Assembly (NCBI GenBank): GCA_964016885.1
Contig: OZ024741.1
Coordinates: 83,514,001 to 83,578,000 of the forward strand
From: Eledone cirrhosa
Taxonomy: Eukaryota
DNA: 64,000 bases
Direction: 5' to 3'
Both the position numbers and the translations under genes were made by a program. The notes beneath the pieces are model-generated. The model was not told the DNA's origin. It did no database searches and was given only the letters and a program-made list of their open reading frames with translations. Shown here piece by piece: positions 11,744-27,100 of the stretch. The first letter of the stretch is position 1. Each line of letters opens with the position of its first letter.

Positions 11744-13335
11744 CTATCCGTTAGGGTTTAATATGGGGCTGTAATACAAGTATATTTTGTGCAATTTATG
11801 TTTACAAGGCGAAATTGCCTCAGATTTTTTGTTTAAGATGCGGTCTTTGGCGTAGAGTATTTCCAGGGCTTCAGCGGCGCAGAGGTCACATGATCTTTTA
11901 TTTCCGTTATATGATCTAACCCTAGATAGGATCTCCCAGTTTAACTTATATTGGGTGTGGTTGTCTTTTAGACTCCAGATATAAGCTGAAAGTGACGTCA
12001 TATTCCTTCTTAAAGGGTTAAGAAAAGAATGGGCATGCATGTAAAAACGCTGCTTGAACCTATTGGCGGTTAACATTATGTAGGCCCTACGGGACGTGGG
12101 TATTTCAACCTTACATTTGTATACAATGTTACTAGAGAGGTATTTCCCGGATAGGAGCAGTCAGCCTGATTCCTACAATTACAGTTAATACTAGCTACAG
12201 GGTTGCACGTATTCCTACGACTAGGTAATTTAGCTAAATTTGAAGCTGTGATGTTATGTGCAAAGTTAGGAGTCGTAGAGTAAGACATTTTAATGGTATT
12301 TCTATTAAAAATGTTACTACATTTATGTGCTGGGGAGGGGAAATGCTTCATAATAAGGGAGAGAAAGATCTTAGCTAATGGTGTGGCCACCTCCATATTA
12401 TATGGTGGGTTATACCATATAATGCGTCGGGATCTATTTTTCCTAGGTCTATTCTCATACTCTGTATATGCTACCTTATCGACAAATCCACTCCGAGCAA
12501 GAGCTTCATTGTAATATGTGGAATGGTCGGTGAAAATATGCTCGTTTGTAGATAGACGGGAATGCCTCAAAGAAAGGTTTCTTACCAGTTTCTTGGTTAT
12601 GCTGGCAGGATGGGTAGAATGATTACTTTTGTAATTAAGCGTATCATTCGGCTTTCTATACGGGTAGTGCAAGCCATTCCACAAGTTGAGGGTAAAATCG
12701 ATGTAATTAACGACCGAGAGGTATGGAGAGGTTGAAGCATTTAAAGAAGGCTGTGAGTTCTTTTCTGAATCTGTTGCAATCACGTGGGCCACACTTTGTC
12801 ATGGTCAACAGACCGTCATCACGGTACAAACCACCGCCCACGTTAGAGGATTCTTCTTTGATAGAGAAAAGAAGGAAAAGGTCGATAAGATCAATAACCT
12901 CCGCAGAATCGCTGGCGCTCATACTCACGTCGAATGGGATACTATTAGATTCGTCGAAATAGAGTCGTCGAAATTAATCACCGACTTACGGGCATTGAGG
13001 ATGACATCAACTTAGAAATCCTTAACCACTGTGAGTGCTTTCGCGAAATTCATAGCTCTAAGAAGAAGTGGTAAAGTGATGGAGGAGTAGTAATTATTAA
13101 TGTCGAATTGGAAAAAACGCAACGTTCCTTGTTTCATATGTCGTTGAAACAATCAATCACCGCGAAAGAATTGTTCCACAGTGCAAGAGGGGCCAAACCT
13201 CTAATTTCAGGTATAATTCCATCTAAAATCCTTTTACTAAGTCTACCTAAATCGGACCTCGTAGTATTAATAAGCCGAATAGATGGGTTGTTCGAGAAAT
13301 TGGATTGATGATCCTTCAGGGTAAAGTGGGGAGAA
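11744..13335 (-). mobile_element. Naiad-type PLE, 5'-truncated and frameshifted (RT plus GIY-YIG)
   Basis: LKDH, GGGLYRDDGL, IIWYNPPY, IKMSYSTTPN, NCNCRNQADC, CDLCAAE, NKKSE..SPCKH. Confidence 0.9.
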
Positions 13336-13352
13336 ATAGGGTCCAGAGGTTC

Positions 13353-13391
<39 letters not shown>

Positions 13392-13413
<22 letters not shown>

Positions 13414-13640
13414 AAAAATAGAGGTGTGACATACGAGTTGATATATTAGTATAAAGGAAAAAATGCTGACAAATATTTCCCAGTGAAAAATAATTTAATT
13501 AGGAATAAGTATAAATTAGTAATAAGTATTAGTTAATATTCAGTTTGAGTTTTAATTTTTTGCCGGTTGCGCATTTCTAATGCTTTTCAAAAATAATTTT
13601 GAGATTGAGCGCTCGTGATTTTTGCTCTAATCTGATCAGT
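13392..13640 (-). mobile_element. Short HHR-like element, GCAA family (copies at 49785-49975 minus and 52538-52742 plus)
   Basis: Shared ~200-bp sequence among three loci, each adjoining (TA)n; HHR-like motif at 13556-13596. Confidence 0.7.
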
Positions 13641-14124
13641 TTTGGAAATTCTTCCTATTTTATGCGAAAAATGTGGCCCCAGAAGTATTAAGATTTGGTT
13701 GGTTGTTGAATGTCACGTAAATTTCGCGCCAATTCGTGTTGCAAAAATTCTTGTAGTCAACACAATTGTGATTGGTCGGTAGAAGTCACGTGAATGTTAA
13801 AATTGATTGTAGCGCGAACTGGTTTCGCCCCAAATGCAGGTTTGTCGAAGAGTGTCCTTTTCCGCTTGATTGGGTTGCAGTCATGTTGAGATGTCACTGA
13901 TAAATATGTCTATTAAGACAAATATGTGTGTGTGTGTATTTGCAAAGCGAAAAGGGAAATTCTTTAAAAGCTAATTCTTTAAAGCTCTACTTACAGTAAC
14001 AAAGGCCAAGTGAATTCTATAAACCAGTTCAAAATATTGGGTGCCTATCATATCATTATTGTCATGTTTCTCTTAAGCTATATTTCAGGTGTCAACAAAC
14101 ACATTCACATACATACACACACAC

Positions 14125-14318
<194 letters not shown>

Positions 14319-15650
14319 AAATACATATAAATATGTTTTCTGTGTGTATCGGACACACGTACACATAAAGAAACTGCTGACCTAAATGTACATGTCATCC
14401 CTGTCTGAATTCCTAAGACAATTTTCGGTCAGTTACTATCTTGACCGATTACCCTCCCAATTACTACGTACCGGTTCTTGCGCGTGACTGCTGGACCCGG
14501 ATGAAACGAAGACGAAGAATTTCCTTGCGTACCGTTTTGTACCACAGATGCGATCTCACTCTGCCTCGTTAATGTTCAATCGACACCAAAGTTCTACGTT
14601 CGGGGCAATAGAATTGAATCCAACCACCAACAACATAGTTGGATGTCCGATAATCACACCAAACGGGAGTACTGTGATCCTTGTGATTTCGAGATATACA
14701 ACCACTGACACTGTTACGAAGACCAGAAAACCATACTCCATAATATTGAACTAAGTGATTGATTTGTGCGACCAAAATAGCACCACACACATATTGGGAC
14801 TAGGAATATTGGATCCTCCGTCAATGTCTGTGTGAGCAAAAATAGATTTCTATCTGCATTGGAATTTACGAACTTGTGCATCTGCTGTGGTGTCAAAAAC
14901 AAACGCACATGACCGCACAGATGAACAATGGACTATGCCACGTGGGTTGAACCTGCAAGTGAATTGAAGGATGTGTAACTCTGATATACAGATTATTTAT
15001 TATGAAGATGTATAAACTTGACATAACTGTTATCATCTTATATTCTCTCAACTAATCACATTTGATTATATTTCTCTATCCCGTTTTCTCCCCCCATATT
15101 TATAATATTTTTATTTGAAAAAATCGGTTTTTTTACATTGTGTTTTTCCCTTTCTAATACTTGCTTATATTTCTTTATATATTCTCTATATATATTTTTA
15201 TATACATATTTTTTATCTTTATTCTTATTTTCAATTTTATCCTCCTTTATATTTTACCTTATTCTTACTTTTATACCTTAATGTAGTGTAATCTTCCCCA
15301 TGCCTTATTATACATTATTAATTATAGATTATTATTATTACTCTTTTTCCATTTCTAATTACCTCATGTACTTTCTCCTCCGTTATATATATATTGTATG
15401 CCCTTTGTGTGTGTGTAGCCTCTGCACACCCTCTGCACCCTACTGTCGACGCCACCCCATCTATGGCTCAACTAACCATTCGACTCCCGGGAATGAATAT
15501 GACTACAGCTATTAAACAAGGACCCACACCGCACCCTCCCGCACCAAAATTAGGCTTATCGTCCCCTACTTTTTCTCTTTACTCTCTTTACTCTTTGTTC
15601 TTGAATGTTTGGTTGGTAGAGTCCATAACACCAATCAAACCCCTTTTATA

Positions 15651-15695
15651 GCTCTGACGAATCCTACGGTTACGTAAGGAAGAAACATTGTAAGC
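15651..15695 (+). ncRNA. Type I hammerhead ribozyme
   Basis: gct-CTGACGA-atcctacggttacgtaaggaa-GAAA-cattg-TA-agc. Confidence 0.8.
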
Positions 15696-15807
15696 CAATA
15701 AAAATCTGTTGATGTTGTAGACGCTATTCTGTTCTTTATCATATATCATATATATATATATATGTATACACACACATACATATACACACATGTATATATA
15801 TATATAT

Positions 15808-16195
15808 ACAATATATTAATAAATGGAAACTATATTTATAAAACCATATTTATTTTATTTTACATATTTCAAGGGCAACCAAGGCAAATTAAGGTGCGCT
15901 TTCATCAGATAAAATACAGATTTGTTTTATGAATAAATATTGACATACCCGGAAAAAGACAACCGTCATGGTTGGAGCTTCCTGGAAGCAATTATGTATT
16001 TTATCTGATGAAAGCGCACCATAATTTGCCTTGGTTTCCCTTGAAATATGTATAATAAAATAAATATGGTTTTACAAATACAGTTTCCATTTATTAATAT
16101 ATTGTGTATTTACTCCACTAAACTCTTGAGTGCTTTATATCAGTTATGAATATTTTTAAGCTTGTTGAATCCCAACAAATTAAATATAACATCTA
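15808..16195. mobile_element. Fold-back HHR element (arms ~15808-15925 and ~15990-16105)
   Basis: Imperfect inverted repeat; same family as 52941-53360 and 62694-62920. Confidence 0.8.
15999..16060 (+). ncRNA. Type I hammerhead ribozyme (degenerate mirror copy 15853-15914 on minus)
   Basis: ttttat-CTGATGA-aagcgcacca...tggtttccctt-GAAA-tatgta-TA-ataaaa. Confidence 0.7.
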
Positions 16196-16214
16196 CATAT
16201 ATATATATATGTAA

Positions 16215-16672
16215 GTATGTATGTATGTATACGTACATACATATATGTATGCAGACGTACAGTAGTATGTATATATATACATACATGCACACATATATAT
16301 ATATGCACGTATCGGTTTACCGAACATTTATTATAATGCTCGGTTTGTTTGTTTGTAAACAAACAGCCCGGATTACGCCGTACAGTGTTTAGGCAACCAC
16401 GTCACCTTTTTGTTCAACACTGCCACAAGAACGATGTACTAGTTTTAAACTTATTAGCTATCGTCAGCACTGAATACTTTCCTGCCAGATGATTGAACGT
16501 CTGAAAGTGACGTGGTTGCCTAAACACTGTACAAACCGAGCATTATAATAAATGTTCGGTAAACCGTTTACGTGCATATATATATATGTGTGCATGTATG
16601 TATATATATACATACTATGGTACGTCTGTATACATATATGTATGTACGTATAAATACATACATACGTACATT
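16215..16672. repeat. Imperfect inverted repeat element
   Basis: ggtttaccgaacatttattataatgctcggtttgt and gtacagtgtttaggcaaccacgtcac mirrored at 16507-16566. Confidence 0.75.
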
Positions 16673-16748
16673 TAAGTAAGTGCCGTACCAAGAGTGAGAA
16701 ATGAAATTTCGTTTCATTCTATTCCATATATATATATACATATATATT

Positions 16749-16785
<37 letters not shown>

Positions 16786-16797
16786 GGAATAGAATAC

Positions 16798-16961
<164 letters not shown>

Positions 16962-17532
16962 ATGTGTGTGTGTGTGTGTGGGTGTCTGCACATGTAGACG
17001 TACGAGTGTGAATGCATAGATAGATATGTGTCTGAATATGTGTGTGTTATTATGTGTTTATTCTAGTATGTGTGGGTGCTTACCCTGAAGTGTGAGCAGA
17101 CGTGTGAAGTATTGAACCCAGCATGACTAGATTGAAATGTGTCGGACGGAAAATGGTTGATGAACCGTGTGGCAACAGATACTGACCAGAACTTGTGATG
17201 ACGTGGAGTAAATACAGCCAATGGCATGACAAGAGTGAAAAGAGGGTTTTTGAGGGTGTTGTTTTGATGATAACACCCCAGTGATAAAATGTGCTCCGGA
17301 TATAACACCCGTGTCAGAAAGAACCCGCAGAAGTAGAATCAGCCAGATCCCTACAAGGCCCATGACTCGGGCTACATGGCGGCGAAACAAATGTAACTAG
17401 AAATAAACTAAGTCCAGATGCATCACCGATTTTTCGTTTTCTTTATAATATCTACACTCTACTCTGATGAATATCGAGTGCTAATTTTGGCATACCGCCT
17501 ACGGAAGCACCATAGCTACCACTCTACACAAA

Positions 17533-17897
<365 letters not shown>

Positions 17898-17899
<2 letters not shown>

Positions 17900-18040
17900 G
17901 CGTCCAGAATTAGCCGTCGAAACGGCTTGAGCTCAGCCGTCGGGGTCCTACTCGTTCCTATTACCCACCTACTACCCTAAGTATCGAGTACTTTGGTGCG
18001 TTATGGTCCATATGGTTCCTTACCACATTTCCTTCGTTAT
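17898..18040 (+). repeat. Short dispersed repeat carrying the 3' half of an HHR-like motif (fold-back copy at 30285-30467)
   Basis: GAAA-cggcttgagctcagccg-TC-gggg; reverse complement match at 30285-30405. Confidence 0.6.
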
Positions 18041-18825
18041 ATATATACATATATATATATGTATATATATACATATATATATAGATGATATTTACCAAAA
18101 AGAAGAACAAGTCAATATCATTGGATACCATCAGGGTTGCAGTTGTTATATCAGATTTTTCCTTCTCCTATAATTCTGCCTTGACAAAGGCTAAGGCGTC
18201 ATCTCCCAGGTGATTAATTTTGGATGGCCATTGACTCTTAAGAGATCTTTGCCATTTGACAGGTTTTGTTTTTAGCCCTGCAGGATGTCCAAAGTCACCC
18301 TCCTCACCAAGAAAACTTTTCTGGGTTTGACACTTTAGTCGCCAACGACCCGACCATGAGAGAGCTTGAACTGGGATACATGTTACCAGTAGCACAATGT
18401 ATGTATGTATATGGTGGCTGCCAACTCGTTTTCGAGTATGGCCACTACTTTATATCCATGTAGGAGAACCCCTACCGATGCGCTTAACGATTGTAACTTT
18501 TTAGTCCAGCCAGCGACTTGAAAACTCTGGTACAAACACTACACTTGTGACAATTATTGACACATAGTGCTGGGCCCATGGTACCATGTGACGACATGTG
18601 CAGAGAGATCTCCAGATATAAAGCAATGCCTGTGCCGTGAAGCTTTTATAGTGAGCAAAGGCACTGCACAAAGCCAGTCCCACTCTCTTAACCAAGATGA
18701 TATGTAGCAAAAAGTAGAATAAGTCAACATCATTGGATACCATCAGGGTTGCATGTGTTATATCAGAGTTTTCCTTCTCCCAGAATTCTGCCTTCACAAA
18801 GGCTAAGGGATCATCTCTCCCGGAT

Positions 18826-19537
<712 letters not shown>

Positions 19538-19997
19538 AATGAAGTAATTCCATCGGAAAAGTCCAGGAAAAAAGAGTGCTCTATGGAGGCAACAGAGCTT
19601 AATTATTATTATTATGTAATAAACAACATAAGGCAATTATTCCATTTACCAGTGGTTTCTTAAAAGCAAAAGGTTTTGCTTTCAATCCTCAGAATGAAAA
19701 AATCCTGGTCTGTTTATTGAATTTGGATTTTAAAAATCAAAAATGCAATCTATATGAAAGTGAGGCTGGAGAAGGGAGAAGGAAAGGAAAAATAAAATAA
19801 AACTACACATGCAAACACACACACAAAAACACAAAAGCATACTTACACACACATACATATATACATATATATGTGTACGCATACATATATACATATACAC
19901 ATATATATAAAACGTACACTTACATACACATACACATATATACACATATGCACATACATATATTCATACATACACACACACACACACACACACCCAT

Positions 19998-20055
<58 letters not shown>

Positions 20056-21817
20056 AATTATGCCTCCAACCACCCCAAGCAGACTCTCAACTCCATAGTC
20101 TATAGTATCTCACATAGAATCTCGAGGCTATCCGCCAATGAGGATATCTTCAACCAAGCGGCTGATTACTACAATAGGGCCCTGATAAGCGCCGGCTTTA
20201 ACCGACGAATTTCCTACATCCCTAACGCTAGCTCTAGAAACCACCCCTCTCATAAAACTAACGTTATAGTAAGCCATACCTATAACCGATCACGCGGCGA
20301 CCTCGTTAAAGTCGGATATAATAGAATAGATAACCGCACCAAAGATCACGTCCCCGGCGACGGTGAATACTGTAGATTACTCAAACTATTCCCCTATTAC
20401 AAAACCAACAAAGGCGACGGCCTACTACCAACGCCTTCCAACCAACATCTTCGTGTACATAAACATGGAAGAGGTAGAAAGAGTGCACCCGAGCATAAAG
20501 TGAAAGGGTCACCGAACGGGCGACAGCGCATTAACACACATAAGAGCGATCACTTAGATGGAACCACCCGTAGCAAAAGTACAAGGACACGTAATCGCCA
20601 CCGTAACGTCCTATGGTTCCACCCCCCCCCCTACTCTCGAAGTGTGGCCTCCAACATACCCCGGATATTCTTCGAAGCCTTAGAGAAGAATTTCCCACCC
20701 AACCATAGGTATAGAAAAATTCTTAATAGGAACAATATAAAAATATCCTTCTCTACTACTCCTAACCTAGCAGACATCATAAGGAACAACGAACCACAGT
20801 AAGATCACCAAGACACAGCACCTCGACACAGACGCACCTACACCTGACAATAACTATATCGGCCTTAACAACTCCCTGACAGCATCCAATAGTGTTGGCA
20901 ACGGCATCCGCAGACGCAACCAGAATGACCGCGAAGTGACTGGGGAACATGCAGAACATGACGTGCGGAATAACAATCGCACCATCCCGCGTGCTGTGGG
21001 TTGTAATTGTGCTAACGACAACTGCGGTAGCGTAGGTAACAACGTAGGCAGCAACAATGACAGCCTTACCGTGGGAAATAGACGGAACCGCGACAGAAAT
21101 TGCAACTGCCGCGACAGAGGACGCTGCCCCCCTAGAGGATACTGCTTGACTGATAGGGTTATATATAGATGCACTATTACTAGCCACAATAGCGTTAAAC
21201 ATTATATAGGGGCCACCTCCGGCCCGTTCAAAATTAGGTTTTGAACACATCTCCACTCTTTCACAAATAGAAAACTAAGGCACTCCACTTCACTCGCGGA
21301 CTACATCACATCACTAAAGGACTTAAACATCAGCTTCTCCACGCACTGGGAGATTGTCGGCAGGGCTGCACCGTACAACTTGAAGAGGAAATGCGATCTT
21401 TGCCTCATGGAGCTCTACCACATCATAACTGCACCCCACGAGCTCATCAACAGCAGAGCCGAAACAGCGATAAGTTGTACACATCGCTTAAAAATATCCT
21501 TCTTTAGATGGGTTAAGAATGAAGAGTGAAATAGTACACTGGATCTCCCTGCAACAAGTCTTAACACCCCGGCGGGCAGGCGCAGCAAAATAACACCCAG
21601 AAAACAATCCTTGCATACCAGACCCAGCCTCAGACAAACGGATGCGGCAAAAAAAAAAAAATTATCCGGGAAAGACTGCCCTAACACCGTCCAGAGTTAC
21701 CTACCTTGACCTGCTGCAAAATCAAAACAAGATATTTTTGCGAGCAATGAATCTTGATGTAGATTTAACCCCCAAAACTCTTTCTGAACTCTATAGGGAA
21801 CGCTTGTGATTATTTAT

Positions 21818-21856
21818 GCCCTTGAGAAGCCCAACTGGGCGAAACGTACGTAGGTG
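21818..21856 (+). ncRNA. Type I hammerhead ribozyme, U3-A8 core variant
   Basis: gccc-TTGAGAA-gccc aact gggc-GAAA-cgtacg-TA-ggtg. Confidence 0.75.
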
Positions 21857-22119
21857 ATATTTTAAATAAACATGTTTTAACGGTCTATTCTCCGAATGTT
21901 TACTTTCCCACGTGCTTACGCTCTGCTAACTCTCTAGCCCACTAAATATTAACACTTCGAATATTTAATACTGCCGGCACTAGTATCGAGCACCTTTGGC
22001 ATACGCTACTTGGCAAATAACTATATGTATCACCTATCCCTCCTTTTTCTCTCTTTCTCGATACGTAAATACTATATTACCGTGCTCCTTTTGTAGAGCA
22101 TCTCACCTTATTTGCCATT

Positions 22120-24850
22120 ATGTTGGAGAACCAACCGTTACCCATGTCTCTCAAGTGTATCCCCTTACCCAGCAGAAAAACCTAACTTAAACTGCTTATA
22201 GACGCTACTAATTCGTTTATACGGAGAGTCAGATGGAAGGCATACCACCTGGATAAGAACACCCGTAACCTTCCTGAACCCAAAGAGAAGTATGGTTTCA
22301 AAACATACCGAAACCCACCGCACAACACCTTACTGGACTTATTTGAAGAGGACCTGCTGAAAATGATCAAAAACGTTAAGCTCAGAAAGAAACACCAATG
22401 CAGCAATCCATTCTTAACGTCCCTTGATACACTAATAACTAAGATCAAGAATGACCCGCACCTCTTCGTCACCTCCGACAAAACCAAAAAGCTGTACAAG
22501 ATGGATGCGAGTGAGTATAAAAAATTCATCTATAAGGAACTACACAAAGACTACAAAAAGACACCCTCTAGTACCCTAAATGACATAAATGGAGTAGGGA
22601 AGGATCTAGTCACCAGCTTAGAAATAGAAAAGTACACTAACCCGTACGTCCCTCTGACGCCTAAATTCTCTCTTAAGGATCACAAATATGACTTTAATGA
22701 AAGCCCAACTATTAGACTGATATGCCCCTCTACATCAGATATAGGTAAGATTAGTAAAGTGATCCTCGACAGAGTACTACTCGAGCTTAATAGACAGGCT
22801 AAGGTCTGCCTCTGGGGCAACACCGACCAGGTCATAAATTGGTTCACCGAGTTGCCGGATAAAGCCACCCTGAAATTCATCCAGTTTGATATAGATAGCT
22901 ACTACGCCTCTATCTCCCCCATACTCTTAAATAAGGCACTTATCTTAGCTAGATCTAACACTAGCCTCACCAAAAAAGAAATAGACATAATTCTAGCGGC
23001 ACGTAGAACCATTATCCAGTTCGAAGGCTCCCACTGGACCAGAACCAACCGTCCTGATAACTTCGATGTCACGATGGGGTCCAGCGACTCAGCGCAAGCA
23101 ACTGACATGGTTGGGATATACCTCCTACATAAGCTTAGGGGAGAAATACCGGCCCTACAAGGAGGTGTATATAGGGACAACGCCCTGTTTACCGTTAGGA
23201 ACCATAGCCCCCGTAGGATAGAGAACCTTAACAAACATATACACAGGTTCTTTAAGTCATACGGCCTATCCGTAACTATGGACCTCAACCACAGGGTTGT
23301 CAACTTCCTGGACGTGACCCTGGAGCTGAGTACGGGCTTATACAAGCCATACCATAAGCCTGGAGAGTGCCTCTCTTATATTAATTATGCCTCCAACCAC
23401 CCCAAGCAGACTCTCAACTCCATAGTCTATAATATCTCACATAGAATCTCGAGGCTATCCGTCAATGAGGATATCTTCAACCAAGCGGCTGATTACTACA
23501 ATAGGGCCCTGATAAGCGCCGGCTTTAACCGACGAATTTCCTACATCCCTAACGCTAGCTCTAGAAACCGCCCCCCTCATAAAACTAACGTTATAGTAAG
23601 CCATACCTATAACCGATCACGCGGCGACCTCGTTAAAGTCGGATATAATAGAATAGATAACCGCACCAAAGATCACGTCCCCGGCGACGGTGAATACTGT
23701 AGATTACTCAAACTATTCCCCTATTACAAAACCAACAAAGGCGACGGCCTACTACCAACGCCTTCCAACCAACATCTTCGTGTACGTAAACATGGAAGAG
23801 GTAGAAAGAGTGCACCCGAGCATAAAGTGAAAGGGGCACCGAACGTGCGACAGCGCATTATCACACATAAGAGCGATCACTTAGATGGAACCACCCGTAG
23901 CAAAAGTACAAGGACACGTAATCGCCACCGTAACGTCCTATGGTCCCCCCCCCTACTCTCGAAGTGTGGCCTCCAACATACCCCGGATATACTTCGAAGC
24001 CTTAGAGAAGAACTTCCCACCCAACCATAGGTATAGAAAAATTCTTAATAGGAACAATATAAAAATATCCTTCTCTACTACTCCTAACCTAGCAGACATC
24101 ATAGGAACAACGAACCACAGTAAGATCACCAAGACACAGCACCTCGACACAGACGCACCTACACCTGACAATAACTATATCGGCCTTAACAACTCCCTGA
24201 CAGCATCCAATAGTGTTGGCAACGGCATCCGCAGACGCAACCAGAATGACCGCGAAGTGACTGGGGAACATGCAGAACATGACGTGCGGAATAACAATCG
24301 CACCATCCCGCGTGCTGTGGGTTGTAATTGTGCTAACGACAACTGCGGTAGCGTAGGTAACAACGTAGGCAGCAACAATGACAGCCTTACCGTGGGAAAT
24401 AGACGGAACCGCGACAGAAATTGCAACTGCCGCGACAGAGGACGCTGCCCCCTTAGAGGATACTGCTTGACTGATAGGGTTATATATAGATGCACTATTA
24501 CTAGCCACAATAGCGTTAAACATTATATAGGGGCCACCTCCGGCCCGTTCAAAATTAGGTTTCGAACAGATCTCCACTCTTTCACAAATAGAAAACTAAG
24601 GCACTCCACTTCACTCGCGGACTACATCACATCACTAAAGGACTTAAACATCAGCTTCTCCACGCACTGGGAGATTGTCGGCAGGGCTGCACCGTACAAC
24701 TTGAAGAGGAAATGCGATCTTTGCCTCATGGAGCTCTACCACATCATAACTGCACCCCACGAGCTCATCAACAGCAGAGCCGAAACAGCGATAAGTTGTA
24801 CACATCGCTTAAAAATATTCTTCTTTAGATGGGTTAAGAATGAAGAGTGA
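22120..24850 (+). pseudogene. Near full-length PLE RT/GIY-YIG polyprotein with inactivating lesions
   Basis: ATG 22120, SLKCIPLPS, stop ~22183, FIRRVRWKA, LKDHK, FIQFDIDSYY, FDVTMGS, YRDN, frameshift ~23945, CNCRDRGRCPL, VIY..YIG, CDLCLME. Confidence 0.9.
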
Positions 24851-25145
24851 AATAGTACACTGGATCTCCCTGCAACAAGTCTTAACACCCCGGCGGGCAG
24901 GCGCAGCAAAATAACACCAAGAAAACAATCCTTGCATACCAGACCCAGCCTCAGACAAACGGATGCGGCAAAAAAAAAAAAAAAAAAAAATTATCCGGGA
25001 AAAACTGCCTAACACCGGCCAGAGTTACCTACCTTGACCTGCTGCAAAATCAAAACAAGATATTTTTGCGAGCAATGAATCTTGATGTAGATTTAATCCC
25101 CAAAACTCTTTCCGAACTCTATAGGGAACGCTTGTGATTATTTAT

Positions 25146-25184
25146 GCCCTTGAGAAGCCCAACTGGGCGAAACGTACGTAGGTG
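25146..25184 (+). ncRNA. Type I hammerhead ribozyme, U3-A8 core variant (second pLTR copy)
   Basis: Identical motif to 21818-21856. Confidence 0.75.
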
Positions 25185-25239
25185 ATATTTTAAATAAACA
25201 TGTTTTAACGGTCTATTCTCCGAATTTTTACTTTCCCAC

Positions 25240-25278
<39 letters not shown>

Positions 25279-25690
25279 CACACACATACACATACATATG
25301 TGTGTGTACAAGCATACACATACACAAACATAGCCATACACACACACATATAGATACATACATTCACACAAACATACATAACGTACATACATACACATAC
25401 ATAAATGCACTCCTCTACATATTCATACACGCAAATAAATATAAGAAAAAAATATATATATATTAAAAAATTTTTGACACCGTTACATGAGGCAGCTAAC
25501 TGGACAGACACGCGTGGTAAGTAATACACACAAATGCACGTATACATACGTACGAAATCGTAAACACATACACACACTCTCACACATAAATATACATATA
25601 CAAATACATAAACACATACATACACATACATACACAAACACACACACACGTATACAATATATACACACACACATGTATATGTAATTATAT

Positions 25691-25721
<31 letters not shown>

Positions 25722-25842
25722 CAAAAATATAAACGCACACACACACACACATATACGTATACATACACACACATATACATACATAGCTAAACAATTATAC
25801 ACATGCATATACGTATATATCATAAACACGCACAACCAAATA

Positions 25843-25888
<46 letters not shown>

Positions 25889-25929
25889 TATATATATACA
25901 CACACACGCACATACATACACGCATATAT

Positions 25930-26006
<77 letters not shown>

Positions 26007-26200
26007 TATAGATAAATCTACCAAAAGTTTACGGTAGTGTCCAATCCGTATGAAGAACTCAATGTGATCCGGATATCATGGAAAGAAGAGATGCATTCAA
26101 AAATCACTTTCGGTGAAAGATAAACGGAATACAGAGTCAAGATAAAATATTAAAAAAATAATGAATAAAACAATGAATTGTTTTATCCATTATTTTTTTA

Positions 26201-26290
<90 letters not shown>

Positions 26291-26536
26291 TACACATATA
26301 CGTACACATACACATATGCATACACATACACATGTCTTAGATAATTCAAATGAACCTTACATAAACGTATATATAGTAGTAAAGTAATAAAGCAACATAA
26401 GGCAATTATTCCATTCACCAGTGGTTTCTTAAAAGCAAAAAATGTTTCCTTCAATCTTCAGAATGAAAAAAACCTGGTTTATCCACATATACATACATAT
26501 ACACACACAACTATACATATATATACACATACACAT

Positions 26537-26633
<97 letters not shown>

Positions 26634-26879
26634 CATATATACACATATATATATATATATATGTATACACACAAATATACATACACATACACATAGGTAT
26701 GTGAAGGGCAAAACAAAAAGAATATATGGGGGGGGGCATAAGAGCAGGTAAAATATAAGGGGAGGTAAGGGAGAAAAAAATAAGTAAATATACAAGAGTA
26801 CAGAACGTAGAATCAGCAAAATAAAAACCGTAGCAGAAGTAAAGAGCAGGAAAGGAGTTCAAGGCGGTTGATTTATCAT

Positions 26880-27100
26880 AGGAGTGTCAATCCAGTTACA
26901 GATCAGATGCGATTTCAGATGAGGACAGCATCTGAAGATCTCAGTCTTTGAGTTAAGGCAAGCGGAAGTGGCTCTCAAGTTTAGCAAAATCCTATACTTT
27001 TCTGTGGTACACAAAAAACAATTCTTTGTGCCCCTTTGGTACTCCCTCGAATGGTCTAATATAGACCAATCAATAGAGTACGGGATGTTACTATCCTTGA
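26880..27100 (-). mobile_element. PLE GIY-YIG C-terminal fragment
   Basis: LKDSNIPYSIDWSIL..CFLCTTEK..LNSKTEIFRCCPH. Confidence 0.8.

Larger units (their letters stand above)
20052..25241 (+). mobile_element. Naiad-type PLE in partial-tandem (pseudo-LTR) arrangement
   Basis: 20052-21913 nearly identical to 23380-25241; flanked by (TA)n on both sides; HHR in each 3' region. Confidence 0.95.

Noticed and set aside
14400-14960. Higher-complexity stretch with short ORFs as possible host exon
   Set aside because: No recognisable domain or convincing splice structure; lies upstream of an HHR tail and is probably element UTR
17462-17515. CTGATGA as HHR core
   Set aside because: No matching GAAA with stems I and III found downstream
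21238-21246. In-frame TGA in the Naiad GIY-YIG as possible selenocysteine (some Naiads are selenoproteins)
   Set aside because: The paired copy has CGA (Arg) here; Cys positions I checked in the Naiad-type copies use normal codons
26045-26128. tccgt-ATGAAGA...GAAA-gata-acgga HHR-like motif
   Set aside because: C3 mutated and stem III not formed; single copy, cannot support
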